64,000 nucleotides of DNA from a bacterium (GTDB lineage Bacteria > Hinthialibacterota > Hinthialibacteria > Hinthialibacterales > Hinthialibacteraceae), in NCBI GenBank assembly GCA_963663405.2, contig CAXXSM010000022.1, positions 32,001-96,000 of the forward strand, written 5' to 3'. This document shows positions 39,770 to 50,659 of the stretch, piece after piece. Position 1 is the stretch's first letter, and each line of letters opens with the position of its first letter. The position numbers and the translations under genes are program-made. Below the pieces are notes generated by a model. It saw nothing but the letters and a program-made list of their open reading frames with translations, ran no database searches and had not been told where the DNA came from.

Positions 39770-41548
39770 ATGAATCAACACAACCACTCACGCCGCAACT
39801 TCTTAAAAACTTTTGGGTTGAGCGCGATCATGCAGACTGCGCCGGGGAAATTATACGCGGGAGAAACGCCCGTTCGGAAACCGAATATCGTCCTCTGCAT
39901 GACCGACGATCAGGGATGGGGGGATATCCATTCGCATGGAAACAATCAAATCGATACACCGGTGATGGACCAGTTGGCCGAGTCAGGCGTCCGTTTCGAC
40001 CGGTTCTATGTCAGTCCCGTTTGCGCCCCCACGCGCGCCAGCCTGTTGACGGGCCGCTATCATCTCCGTTCTGGAGTACACGGCGTCACACGGGGTTGGG
40101 AAACGATGCGCAGCGATGAGATTACCGCCGCGGAGGTTTTCAAAGCCGCTGGTTACGCAACAGGTTGTTTTGGCAAATGGCACAACGGAGCCCACTACCC
40201 TTATCACCCCAACGGGCAGGGATTCGATGAGTTCTTTGGATTCTGCGCGGGCCATTGGAATAACTACTTCGACACCACACTTGAACGCAATGGAGAGCCC
40301 GTTCAGACCAAAGGCTATATCACTGATGTCCTGACCGGCGCGGCGATTGAGTTTATTCAAACGAACCAAAACCGCCCGTTCTTCTGCTACTTGCCCTACA
40401 ACGCGCCTCACTCCCCTTGGCAGGTTCCAGATCAATATTTTGATAAATACAAAGTCCGTGGCCTTGATGACACAACCGCCTGCGCGTATGGGATGTGCGA
40501 AAATGTTGATGACAACCTGGGACGCGTGTTAAAGACGTTAGACCGATTGAATCTAACGACAAACACCATCGTCGTTTTCCTTACCGACAACGGAGCCAAC
40601 AGTGACCGCTTCAATGATGGAATGAAAGGCCGGAAGGGCAGCGCCCATGAAGGCGGTGTCCGCGTTCCCCTGTTCATCTCTTGGCCGGGGCATATTAAAA
40701 CCGGCGCCGAGATCCCCCAAATCGCCGCGCATATCGATCTCCTGCCCACACTGGCGGATCTCGCTGGAATTCCCATACCAAAAACGAAACCTCTCGATGG
40801 AACCAGCCTTGTCCCTCTGCTCGAAGGAAACGCATCCAGCTGGCCGGATCGAAAACTCTTCACCTATTGGAACCGCCGGGGAGCTGTCCGGACGCAGCGA
40901 TACCGCGCCGTCAAAACAGGTCAGCGCTGGGAATTGTACGATATGCGAACCGATCCCGGCCAAAAAGAGAATATTGCGAAACAACATCCTGACATTGTCC
41001 TCGAATACAGCGAAGCGTATGAGAAATGGCTTGAAGACGCCTCAAAAGATGGTTTCGATCCCATCCCGATCCCGATTGGATATCCGGAAAGACCGGAAGT
41101 GATTATGCCCGGCCATGAAGCGTATTTTGTCCCGGAAAGCCGGGAAGGAATCAGTTACAACTTCGCCCCCGGCTGGGCCAATGATTGGATCACGAACTGG
41201 ACAAGCATTGAGGCGTACCCTTATTGGAATGTAGATGCCATCCGTGGAGGAAGGTATGAGATCGCGATACGGTACACCTGTCCCAAGCGGGATGTTGGAG
41301 CGAAGATCCGCGTTGAGATCGGCGGCGCGTCCATTGAAGGAACCGTACAAAAGGCCCACGATCCAGCCCCAATCCCCAGCCCCGACCGCGTGCCGCGAAA
41401 GGAAGTTTACGAAAAAGTCTGGGCCACACTCAACCTTGGAACCGTCACACTCCAAAAAGGAAAAACTCAACTCCGAGTTAAAGCATTATCCAAACCCGGT
41501 CAAATGGTGATAGATTTAAAAGCCGTTCATGTCCGGCGGATTGATTAA
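39770..41548 (+). CDS. Arylsulfatase (FGly-dependent), Tat-exported
   Basis: SRRNFLK Tat motif; PNIV..DDQG, CAPTRASLLTGR, GKWH. Confidence 0.93.
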   Translation: MNQHNHSRRNFLKTFGLSAIMQTAPGKLYAGETPVRKPNIVLCMTDDQGWGDIHSHGNNQIDTPVMDQLAESGVRFDRFYVSPVCAPTRASLLTGRYHLRSGVHGVTRGWETMRSDEITAAEVFKAAGYATGCFGKWHNGAHYPYHPNGQGFDEFFGFCAGHWNNYFDTTLERNGEPVQTKGYITDVLTGAAIEFIQTNQNRPFFCYLPYNAPHSPWQVPDQYFDKYKVRGLDDTTACAYGMCENVDDNLGRVLKTLDRLNLTTNTIVVFLTDNGANSDRFNDGMKGRKGSAHEGGVRVPLFISWPGHIKTGAEIPQIAAHIDLLPTLADLAGIPIPKTKPLDGTSLVPLLEGNASSWPDRKLFTYWNRRGAVRTQRYRAVKTGQRWELYDMRTDPGQKENIAKQHPDIVLEYSEAYEKWLEDASKDGFDPIPIPIGYPERPEVIMPGHEAYFVPESREGISYNFAPGWANDWITNWTSIEAYPYWNVDAIRGGRYEIAIRYTCPKRDVGAKIRVEIGGASIEGTVQKAHDPAPIPSPDRVPRKEVYEKVWATLNLGTVTLQKGKTQLRVKALSKPGQMVIDLKAVHVRRID

Positions 41549-41673
41549 CGGTTTATTCCTTTGGTACACGTAAATCCTTGCGCTTGTTAGGGTCTAACAG
41601 GATTAAATAGAAAACATATTTTGGGATGTGAGAGAGAATGAGATAGTTTTGTCAGAAAAGAAATCATTCAAAA

Positions 41674-41757
41674 TGCCGGAGGAGGGACTCGAACCCTCAC
41701 ATCCCGAAGGATACCAGATTTTGAGTCTGGCGCGTCTACCAGTTCCACCACTCCGGC
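41674..41757 (-). tRNA. tRNA-Leu(CAA)
   Basis: GCCGGAG acceptor stem, CCAGA-CTCAAAA-TCTGG anticodon arm, long variable arm, GGTTCGAGTCC T loop; CCA not encoded. Confidence 0.96.
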
Positions 41758-41857
41758 TGTTGATTTATTCTTGTTTTAGGGCGGTGTTAATTCAATGTTA
41801 TTGTAATAGAAGAGCCATTTCTGTCGAGGTCTCCGAATAACTCGATAGTAATATCCG

Positions 41858-43045
41858 TTAATACGAAGCTGGAGTGGGAACTTGACTGGTTCTTCCAAAG
41901 GGGGAGATTTCGCGCAAACGATTAATGATGGGAGGAAGTTCCTTGAGAATACAATCAATATCCTCATCCGTATTATACCGGCTGAGACTAAACCGGATCG
42001 ATCCATGCGCGGCGGTGTAGGGCACACCCATCGCCCGCAGCACATGCGACGGCTCCAGCGAACCGGAAGTGCAGGCCGAGCCGGAAGACGCGCAGATTCC
42101 TTTTTCGTTTAACAGCAGAAGAATCGCTTCCCCTTCGATGTATTCGAAACTGATATTCGACGTATTCGGCAGGCGGTTCTCCGCGATCCCGTTCCGGCGG
42201 GAATCGGGCGTCGATTCTAGAAGCCCCTTTTCCAACCGGTCGCGCATCGCTTTGACACGGATATTTTCTTCTTCAATATGCTGTTGCGCCAATTCACACG
42301 CTTTGCCGAAAGCGACAATATTCGGAACCGCTTCGGTTCCACCACGGCGGCCTCGTTCTTGATGCCCTCCAACCAACCAGGGCAGCAACCGCGAGCCACG
42401 GCGAATATAAAGCACACCGATTCCTTTAGGCGCATGCAGTTTATGGCCGGAGATCGCTAAAAAGTCGATTGGCAGCTGCATCAAATCGATCGGAATTTTG
42501 CCTACAGCCTGCACAGCGTCGCAATGAAAGGGAATACTATATTCTTTCGCGATCAGTCCGATTTCTTCCACGGGGAAAATCACTCCCGTCTCATTGTTGG
42601 CGTACATCACCGAGATGAGCGCCGTGCCGGTCCGGATGGATTGACGCAGTTCCTCTAAATCAAGTTGGCCTTCAGAATCGACGGAAAGTTCAGTGACGGA
42701 ATAGCCCTGTTTACCTAAAGAATGACAAAGGCTCCGGACGGCGGGGTGTTCGACGTGGGTCGTGATGATGTGCCTTTTGTCTTTATTCGCCAATAGGCTC
42801 CCGCGGATGGCTGTGTTGTCGCTTTCCGAGCCACAACTGGTAAACACAATTTCCGTCGGTTGCGCGCCTAGCAGCGACGCCACTTGTTCCCGCGCCTTCT
42901 CCACCGCGTCGCCCACCTGGCCACCAAAGGAATGCATGCTGGAGGGATTGCCGTAGTACTCCGTCAAGTAAGGCATCATCGCCTCAATCACTTCCGGCGC
43001 CACTCGAGTCGTGGCGTTATTGTCTACATAGACCACCCTACTCAT
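41858..43045 (-). CDS. nifS: Cysteine desulfurase
   Basis: YVDNNATT, NPSSMH, SGHKLHAPKG, SSGSACTSG. Confidence 0.93.
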   Translation of the reverse strand: MSRVVYVDNNATTRVAPEVIEAMMPYLTEYYGNPSSMHSFGGQVGDAVEKAREQVASLLGAQPTEIVFTSCGSESDNTAIRGSLLANKDKRHIITTHVEHPAVRSLCHSLGKQGYSVTELSVDSEGQLDLEELRQSIRTGTALISVMYANNETGVIFPVEEIGLIAKEYSIPFHCDAVQAVGKIPIDLMQLPIDFLAISGHKLHAPKGIGVLYIRRGSRLLPWLVGGHQERGRRGGTEAVPNIVAFGKACELAQQHIEEENIRVKAMRDRLEKGLLESTPDSRRNGIAENRLPNTSNISFEYIEGEAILLLLNEKGICASSGSACTSGSLEPSHVLRAMGVPYTAAHGSIRFSLSRYNTDEDIDCILKELPPIINRLREISPFGRTSQVPTPASY

Positions 43046-43892
43046 GATTCCACCTCTTCCACAACCAGTTCGGGAGTGACGAATTCGCGCAGTTTCACTT
43101 CAACAAAGGATTTGAGTGTAATGGGAGCGCTGGCGCAACCCGCGCACATGCCGCGCGTGGAAACGAGGACACGATCTCCTTCAATATCCACTAAATCCAG
43201 ATCGCCGCCGTCCTGCATCAACGCGGGCCGGATCTCCCGATCGATCGTTTCTTGGATCAATTTCATTTTTTGTATGTTCGTGAGTTTCTTGGGTTTGACC
43301 GGCGCGGGGGCGCGAGCGGGTTGTTTTCCTTGGACTTCTTCGATCAATTCTTCAATCGCCTGGTGGCAGCTGGTGCATCCACCCCCGGCTTTGCAGTAGT
43401 GCGTGACTTGTTCGATCTGCGTTAGATTATTCTCCCGGATTTCCCGCTTGATTTTATTGTCTGTCACACCAAAGCATTGACAGACGATCACTCCATCGTC
43501 ATCTTCATGATCGGTGACCTCTTCCCCGCGGTAATTCCCGACCGCTTTTTCCAACGCGTCGCGCCCCATCACCGAGCAGTGCATTTTCGCTTCCGGAAGA
43601 CCATCCAAGTATTCCGCGATGACGCTATTGGTCACCTCAAGGGATTCATCGACTGTTTTCCCAATAATTAATTCCGTCAGCGCTGAGGAGGAAGCGATTG
43701 CGCTCCCGCAGCCAAAGGTTTCAAATTTCGCGTCCGTGATACGATCCTCGGATTTATCGATTTTTAAATAGAGTTTCAAAGCGTCGCCGCATTGAATATT
43801 CCCCACTTCCCCTACGGCGTCGGCGTCAGGAATGGCGCCCACGTTCCGGGATTCAGAAAGTGATCTTTAACTTTTTTGCTATAGTCCCACAT
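43042..43892 (-). CDS. nifU: Fe-S scaffold NifU (IscU + BFD-like + NfuA-like domains), apparent 1-nt deletion near 43848
   Basis: MWDYSKKVKDHFLNP starts at 43892 and shifts frame before RNVG; CGD, FGCGSA, KMHC, CQCFGV, GGCTSC, GMCAGC. Confidence 0.9.
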
Positions 43893-44120
43893 GACCGGTT
43901 TATACCTTTCCTATAAAAATAACGAAGCGGAAAAAATCAGGCTCCATAAATAGATTATACTCTACAAGAATTGCAAACGTTTCATCTTGCAGAGCCATTC
44001 AACCGCCGCGTCTTGAATGAATACGCCTTCAACAACAACGTAGTCAATTATTATAGATAGTATACATGTTACCTTAACAAATGGATTGGAAAAACGATTG
44101 GATTGAAATTAGGACGCTGT

Positions 44121-44846
44121 TTAATAGATAAAAGGGATAAATTTCTTTGTTTTCTCTGAATAGTGTATAAATTCTTCGCCATAGCGTTCGGCCAAGTAGG
44201 AATCGAGAGCGGGGATATGGAAAAAAATAAACGTGCACGCCATCAATAACGGAAATAACAAAATCCAAAAATTATACGTAAACAAACACCAGCCCGTAAA
44301 CAAGACCGTATCGCCAAAATAATTGATATGCATCGAGTAGCCGAATAATCCTTGCGTATAACAATGTCCCTTATTCCCCGGCTCCGCTTTCCACCATTTC
44401 CGTTGGATCTCTGAAAAACTATTTAAATAGGAGCCGAGAACGTACAACACGAACGCGATGAAATCCAACCAACCGAGGTTAATGGAACCATCGCGAAATG
44501 CGCCGCCTCCTAAAAGGACCAGTCCAATTTCAAACAAACCGAGAACAACCAATAATCCCAAAACTTCTGACCAATCGACTTTTCGCGCCAATAAGTAAAA
44601 CAGAGTAATAACATGGCGGAACCAACAGATAAAGGCGCATGCGAGCAATAGCTGGGCCCGAGTGAAATCAGCGAGCCGCCAATCTTTTCCAAACACGCGC
44701 CCTAACGCTTCCCATCCATTCCCATAAATCAGCCAAGCGCAGATCAAAACAATGAACAAATGACCAATTGCAAATATACACTTTTGAGCGAAAGACCGGC
44801 CATGCGCTCGATTGACACCACCCGTTTTTAATTCTGAATTTTCCAT
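44121..44846 (-). CDS. DUF1295 / steroid 5-alpha-reductase-like membrane protein
   Basis: YTQGLFGYSMHINYFGD, YGEEF..Y..KKFIPFIY. Confidence 0.8.
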   Translation of the reverse strand: MENSELKTGGVNRAHGRSFAQKCIFAIGHLFIVLICAWLIYGNGWEALGRVFGKDWRLADFTRAQLLLACAFICWFRHVITLFYLLARKVDWSEVLGLLVVLGLFEIGLVLLGGGAFRDGSINLGWLDFIAFVLYVLGSYLNSFSEIQRKWWKAEPGNKGHCYTQGLFGYSMHINYFGDTVLFTGWCLFTYNFWILLFPLLMACTFIFFHIPALDSYLAERYGEEFIHYSEKTKKFIPFIY

Positions 44847-44960
44847 GTGACCTCAGGTTTTCTTGTTCAGGCAATGAGTACAATCAATCTGGATGATTTA
44901 TTATCCTATTCCCGTCATTTGGATGTCAAGGATAATGATTGTGGACATAGAAAACCATGA

Positions 44961-46839
44961 TTATAAAGTACGTATATTTGTTCTGAGGGATTGAATGAGC
45001 GATCCAAATTCGTCCACCAGCGTAATCACCGATTGGAAATAGCGCTTATATTTTCCCATCCGATTGACGTCCGGTTCATTCTTTTCTTGTTGGATGAATT
45101 GATACAAACTGGGGAACAACGCCTGTTCGAGCGCAATTTGAAGAGATTCATTCCGATGGATATTCCAGAACAAAGTGTCCATATCTTTCCATTCCGGGCA
45201 TTCGCGTAATGAAATTTCGTTCCGTTCTTCAAGGAGGTTAATGATCCTGAGACCGTTATCCGCGTCAACAGCGCATTGCTTTAACGCGCTGAGAAGAGTC
45301 TCCAACGCTGGGAAGATACGATCCATCTTGCTAGATTTCCTGGATTTAAAAATCTCAACATTATCGAGCATCTCTTCAACATAAGTAAATGTGGGGAGAA
45401 TTTCTTCCAACCGTTTGTGTTGAGTTCCCTTGATCCACGCGCCCCCTTCGGTCGCGTCGTATATCTGCGCTTTACACTTGCGGATATCATTTGAAAACTT
45501 ATTTAAAAAAACAGCCATCGTTTTTGATGTAGGAACCATTCCACCTTCAACGCCTTTCACCCACACGATTTCCTGTTGGATCGGTTCAGGGGTTTCGGGC
45601 CGGGGAGCGATCACTACGCTGGAAGCGCCTTCGAGTATGGTTTCGACATTTCGATTCAACGCGGTTCCCTCGGCGTGGGTTGTTCGCCGATCAGGAGAAT
45701 AGGCGAAATCGTGACCGATCAACACTATCGGATCGCATCCCATCCACACGGCGGCGGTGAATTGGGTATGCGCGACCGATAATCCCTGCTCGAATGTCCC
45801 GTATGGGCCGCCGATTGTTTCCACCCATCGATTGATGGCGGATTTGGATGAATTTACGAAAATCGTTGGTCCTTCCAAACGTTGGGAATGCGCGGAAATA
45901 CATCGGACTCAAAAAGGAGAGCCATTCGGCGCGTATCTCCGATCCCTATGAAATGCTTCTCATTCAAAGAAGTTGGATCAATAGACGAGACAAAGTGAGG
46001 AACGATTCCCGCCTCCAGCGCCAACCGAAGCGCCGTATCCACACAAAAAATCAATACACTCGATCCAATGTCTTTCAGTAAACTCAAATTTTTCGGCAAA
46101 GAAGGACCGGCGGCGATTAACACCACCGGATGGTTTCGGAATCGATTTTTGAAAGATCCAAGCCCTTGGCTAGTCAAAATTGCAGGAAGGTTTTGTATCG
46201 CATTGCGCTGGATCAATTTCCCGGAACGGAGCAACAAATCCGCTTCCGCACGGGCCTGCTGGAGGAACTGATCCATGCGGGAAGCAGTCTCAACGTAATA
46301 ATCTTGGTGGATCTGGGTAAGCGCAGTGCTGGTCACTTGTTGGAATCCACAGCCCATAATCTGTGGAAGAAAGGATTGAGCCGTCGCCAGAACTTCGGAG
46401 ATGTTATCTCCCAACACAATGCGCGCGTTGGGATGATTGAACAAAAAACGCCAATCCGGCGGCGCAAAAAATGAATAAAGACTTCTAAATCCCGCTCCAC
46501 AAGCAGCAGCGCGGCGACGCTGCCAGCCTCCAATTCAAGAAGGGCTTCCAATGAATACCCCAATCCAAGCCCTAGAAAGAAAAAAACCGAAGCGGAATCG
46601 ATCTGCAACCGCTCGATCTGCCGGCGCGCTTCTTGCTGGGGATCATCATTGTCGTGAAGTAAGAACGTTTTTCCATCTTTCGAAATACGCAGAATAGGGT
46701 CACCACGCGCCGATAGCATCCATTGATAATCCACCGAAGGAGCGCAGTTCCCTATACGCGCCGCCCAACTAGGGTACTGTTTACGGAAAGCGTCGAAATT
46801 ATTCTGAAAAACAGTCTCTTTATCCTGGTTATATTTCAT
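44961..46839 (-). CDS. Maf / DUF115 (MptE-like) family protein, two apparent frameshifts (~46455, ~45872)
   Basis: GLGLGY, AAGPSL.KN..LL, PHFV.SID, GLSVAH, MGCDPIVLIGHDFAY, DATEGGA across three consecutive frames. Confidence 0.8.
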
Positions 46840-47136
46840 TGTTTTTTACAGACATTATATATTAAACCTATATTGATACGATAGAAACGAAAATCAAAGG
46901 GAATGAAAGATGAATGTGTGGCAAAACGAAACGAAGCCACAAACAAATATACCTAGCCAATCAATTCGAATATTTAATGAGTATCGTTTTAGGTTTTAGT
47001 TTTATAGCATTTCATCAGTGAATGAAATGTGAAAAAAGAGGAGCATACCAATTGGAAATCAGTTCCGAATTCTATACAATAATAAAATTCCGGTTTGCAA
47101 AATGAAAACGGCTAAAGGCCGGTAAGGAAATTCGAT

Positions 47137-47622
47137 ATGTTGGAAAAAGCCATTGGGAAACAGAGCGAACTGGGTCTTATGTTTCTCCGCATCATTGTAG
47201 GAATCGTCTTCCTGATTCATGGAGGGCAGAAGTTATTCGGTCTCTTCGGCGGAGCGGGTATGAGTGAGACGATCAAATTTTTCACCTCGCTAGGGATCTA
47301 TGCGCCATCTATTATGGGATGGTTCATCGCGCTGGCGGAATTTTTCGGTGGTCTTGCGCTATTAGTCGGATTATTGACTCGAGAATTTTCAATCTTATTC
47401 ATAATTATTATGATCGGCGCAATTGTAACGGTTCATGGAAGCAACGGATTTTCCGCCACCAATCAAGGTTATGAATATAATTGTGTTTTAATTGGCGCGA
47501 GTCTCTGCCTGCTGTTCGGCGGCGCCGGCGCTGGATCGATGGACCGGTTCCTTTTCCCCAAAGATAAATGGACATTTGTAGACGTTTCCCAAATCAAATT
47601 AGACCCCCCCAGCGAAGATTGA
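47137..47622 (+). CDS. DoxX family membrane protein
   Basis: LRIIVG..F..HG.QKL, AEFFGGL.L..GL.TR, GYEY. Confidence 0.88.
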   Translation: MLEKAIGKQSELGLMFLRIIVGIVFLIHGGQKLFGLFGGAGMSETIKFFTSLGIYAPSIMGWFIALAEFFGGLALLVGLLTREFSILFIIIMIGAIVTVHGSNGFSATNQGYEYNCVLIGASLCLLFGGAGAGSMDRFLFPKDKWTFVDVSQIKLDPPSED

Positions 47623-47887
47623 TTCTAGATGACAGGGCAAATAGTTCAATAATCGAGATTATATCGATTTCTTTGGATTAACTGACCAACTATCTTTCCC
47701 AAATCCCATTGTAATAGTACGATACAAAAAACATTTCTTAAAACATAGAAATCAACTTTTTTGTTTTTTGTACGTTATAATATATAGTACTTACTCGGAT
47801 AAATCTAAAATAAGAATTCGTATTTCTTACTTATAACAACCCTCAAAAAACATTTTTGAGAATCTCGCAACCTTGATAGATACAACT

Positions 47888-48526
47888 ATGATACAAAAAT
47901 TCTCAACGGATATTTTCAGAGAACAAGCGTTCCGGCTTACTCAATTCACCATCGACAAGATTTCAGAAGCTATTTTTTGGGTGGAAAGGGACGCTCGCTA
48001 TTTTTATGTAAATGATATCGCCTGCCGATCTCTGGGTTACACCCGCGCGGAATTACTCACGATGACAGTGCATGATATCGATCCAAATATCACAAAAGAA
48101 ATGTGGCCGGGCTGTTGGGAAGAACTATCACAAAAACAGTCGTTCACTATTGAATCGATTCACCGCCGGAAAGATGGATCGATTTTCCCCGTTGAAGTCT
48201 CTTTAAATTACCTCCAATTCGAAGGGAAAGAATATAACTGCGTTATCGCCCGTGACATCACACAACGGCAGGAAACCGAACAACGGCAAGAACAGTTAAT
48301 TAAAGAACTGCAGGATGCGCTCGCGGAAATCAAAACGCTTAAAGGTATTATTCCCATTTGTTCAGCGTGTAAAAAAATCCGGGACGATCAAGGATATTGG
48401 AATCAATTGGAAACCTATATCCGCGACCATTCCGACGCGGAATTTACGCACGGACTCTGCCCTGACTGCGCGGCGGAATATTATTCTAAATTTCTGAACA
48501 GGGAATTGGACTGCAAATTAAAATAA
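47888..48526 (+). CDS. PAS-domain protein with C-terminal Cys-rich domain
   Basis: PAS (YVND.AC..LGY, RKDGSIFPVEV) plus IPICSACKKIRDD..THGLCPDC. Confidence 0.85.
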   Translation: MIQKFSTDIFREQAFRLTQFTIDKISEAIFWVERDARYFYVNDIACRSLGYTRAELLTMTVHDIDPNITKEMWPGCWEELSQKQSFTIESIHRRKDGSIFPVEVSLNYLQFEGKEYNCVIARDITQRQETEQRQEQLIKELQDALAEIKTLKGIIPICSACKKIRDDQGYWNQLETYIRDHSDAEFTHGLCPDCAAEYYSKFLNRELDCKLK

Positions 48527-48544
48527 CCACGCAATCCACCGGCT

Positions 48545-49303
48545 TCATCCTAAAAAGGGGAAAAAACCTAATAGTTTCAGCGCCAACGCCACGACGGTGA
48601 CCGCCAGCGCCCCTTTCAACCACGCTTCTCCCTTTGTGATGGCGATATGACAGCCGATCCAACCTCCCAGCGCGTTTCCCAGCGACAACACCAGCGCCAC
48701 CCACCAATCCACTTGGCCATTTATGATGAACACCAGAATCGCGAAAAACGTATAGATCGCGACCACCAGCACTTTGACTCCCGCCGTCACGACGAGATCA
48801 AATCCACAGAGAAGAGCCAGCGCCGCCGTCAGCAGAAATCCAACTCCCGCTTGAATAAAACCGCCATAGATACCGATGAAGAAAAAAACGATATGCGCGA
48901 TGATTTTTTTCTTCCCGCTGAGATCGCCTGGATGGGATTTCGGTTTGGGATTCCAGATCACCAGCCCCACCACAATCAACATCACCAGCGCCAGCACAAC
49001 CCGGAACGCGTACTCGGAAATTTCCACGGCGAGTTGCGCGCCAATGATGGCGCCAATGATTGTGGGCAGCGAGATCGACAGGGAAAACCGGGTACCTTCC
49101 ACTCCCTTCCGCGTAAAGCCCACCACGGCGGTCACGCATTGAAACCAGATCGCGATCCGGTTGGTTCCATTCGCAACCGGCGCCGGAAGCCCGGCGAGCA
49201 TCAAAATCGGAAGGGTCAACAAAGACCCTCCCCCCGCCAACGTGTTGACAACTCCCGCGAACAAGCCGGATGCAAAAATGATAAATAATGTCAGAATATC
49301 CAT
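48545..49303 (-). CDS. TauE/SafE (TSUP) family exporter
   Basis: AGGGSLLTLP, ANGTNR, YGGFIQAGVG. Confidence 0.88.
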   Translation of the reverse strand: MDILTLFIIFASGLFAGVVNTLAGGGSLLTLPILMLAGLPAPVANGTNRIAIWFQCVTAVVGFTRKGVEGTRFSLSISLPTIIGAIIGAQLAVEISEYAFRVVLALVMLIVVGLVIWNPKPKSHPGDLSGKKKIIAHIVFFFIGIYGGFIQAGVGFLLTAALALLCGFDLVVTAGVKVLVVAIYTFFAILVFIINGQVDWWVALVLSLGNALGGWIGCHIAITKGEAWLKGALAVTVVALALKLLGFFPFLG

Positions 49304-49453
49304 ACGCGTCCAAATTTCATTACTCAATTTAAAGAATTAATATAGTGCGGCGGTTATAGAAGAGCGTCAAGCGGCGTGGGTTGCGGAGGGAAATGAACCA
49401 GCTTGAAAGAAGTGCGAATTATTGCTACTTTGATTTGTAGAAGGAAAATTCCG

Positions 49454-49633
49454 ATGGCTGACAAAAAGATTCTCGAAACTGGAAACGGAATATTAAGTTC
49501 TCTTTATATTGATGAACTGCGCAACCTAGTAAACGAAGGAATCGAAAGCGGCGCGAGTATTGATGGAGAGTTGGTTTTCTCCCGCCTCCGAAAAAAATAC
49601 AGTGAAATGGTGGAAACGAATGATCAGGAATAA
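49454..49633 (+). CDS. ParD-like antitoxin fragment
   Basis: LR.LV.EGIESG..D.E.VFSRLR.KY resembles the ParD C-terminus. Confidence 0.5.
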   Translation: MADKKILETGNGILSSLYIDELRNLVNEGIESGASIDGELVFSRLRKKYSEMVETNDQE

Positions 49634-49657
49634 AGGGTATCCCATGAGAGTATTAAA

Positions 49658-49687
49658 TTGACATCATTGACGCATTGATTACAATGC
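49658..49687 (+). promoter_or_regulatory. Promoter with overlapping palindromic operator
   Basis: TTGACA-16 bp-TACAAT; GCATTG-ATTA-CAATGC covers the -10 box. Confidence 0.6.
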
Positions 49688-49701
49688 AATCATAGAAGGT
49701 T

Positions 49702-49938
49702 ATGATGGCCAGTATTACCATTCGAAATTTACCAGAGCAAACAAAAGAGACGCTCCGCATCCAGGCGGCGCAATCCGGTGTCTCTCTCGAATCCTATATC
49801 CGTCAACTTTTAAGAAACGCGGCCAGTGAAAAGGATCAAAAGCAGATCAATATCCTCGATCTGGCGGAAAAATATTTCGGCTCCAAAAATGGCATTGACC
49901 TTGAATTGCCTGAACGTAAATCTAAACGACACATTTAG
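49702..49938 (+). CDS. FitA-like RHH antitoxin (no PIN toxin follows)
   Basis: MASITIRNLP..KE.LRI.AA..G.SLE..IR..L. Confidence 0.8.
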   Translation: MMASITIRNLPEQTKETLRIQAAQSGVSLESYIRQLLRNAASEKDQKQINILDLAEKYFGSKNGIDLELPERKSKRHI

Positions 49939-50135
49939 AGTTCTCTCAAATCACCTCTTTTCTTCGCCTCGAACGCCTCCCGAACGAGAAAATCCAGTTT
50001 CCCAGAATTCGAATCGGCCTCAATCTGCCGATCCCACATTTCCCAATCTCGCTCAAGAAACCGTTTACGAAACTCGCAGTACTCTTGTTCCGTAAGTTCT
50101 TTCACTGCTTTTTCCAAATCCGTGACACGATTCAT
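49935..50135 (-). CDS. Small putative antitoxin
   Basis: WD.QIEAD...GKLD.L..EA motif of small proteins usually paired with RelE/ParE-type toxins. Confidence 0.6.
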   Translation of the reverse strand: MNRVTDLEKAVKELTEQEYCEFRKRFLERDWEMWDRQIEADSNSGKLDFLVREAFEAKKRGDLREL

Positions 50136-50176
50136 GGTTTTCTCCAAGGCTTGCGCTTTCAATTCCTCCTGCCTAA

Positions 50177-50620
50177 TTATCCCTTCTTCCAAGCAACAAA
50201 CAACCGCCAACCAAACAACAAACACACCACTGGCAGCGCCAAACTCACCCATACAATCGGCCAGCCCATTACGCTTGTATTTTGGCCGTAGCGCCATTGG
50301 AGGGCGATCATTTGGATGGAGGAATAAAGCAACGCGGTAAAGAAGAGGGCGCAGGCGGAGAGAGTAATCCAGCGCAGGATGGTTGAAACGATGGCCGATT
50401 TCTCCACCGGCCATCGAAAACGGATCATCTCTTCACGGGGCCAACAGGCGGAGAATCCCAAACACGCCAGCCAGACCAGCAAATACCGGGTCAATTCTTC
50501 GGTAAACGAGAGCGGCCAAGGGAAAATATCCCAACGAGCTAAGACTCCAGCGCAGACGAGGAGAACTTGGATGGCTAAGATGACACTTAACGCTTTTTCT
50601 TCCAACAAATATTTTTTCAT
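50177..50620 (-). CDS. TRAP transporter small permease (DctQ-like)
   Basis: FTEELTRYLLVWL, 4 TM helices. Confidence 0.8.
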   Translation of the reverse strand: MKKYLLEEKALSVILAIQVLLVCAGVLARWDIFPWPLSFTEELTRYLLVWLACLGFSACWPREEMIRFRWPVEKSAIVSTILRWITLSACALFFTALLYSSIQMIALQWRYGQNTSVMGWPIVWVSLALPVVCLLFGWRLFVAWKKG

Positions 50621-50635
50621 GTTTAAACTTAACGC

Positions 50636-50659
50636 CGGGCGGGACGCCCACGCTCCATT
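50636..50659. repeat. REP-like element
   Basis: Reverse complement AATGGAGCGTGGGCGTCCCGCCCG matches 57212-57235. Confidence 0.65.

Noticed and set aside
41674-41757. Integrative element at tRNA-Leu
   Set aside because: No integrase and no duplicated tRNA 3' end seen in the window.
46915-47130. c-di-GMP-I riboswitch-like words (GGCAAA, GCTAAA)
   Set aside because: Spacing and stems do not fit the two-hairpin architecture.
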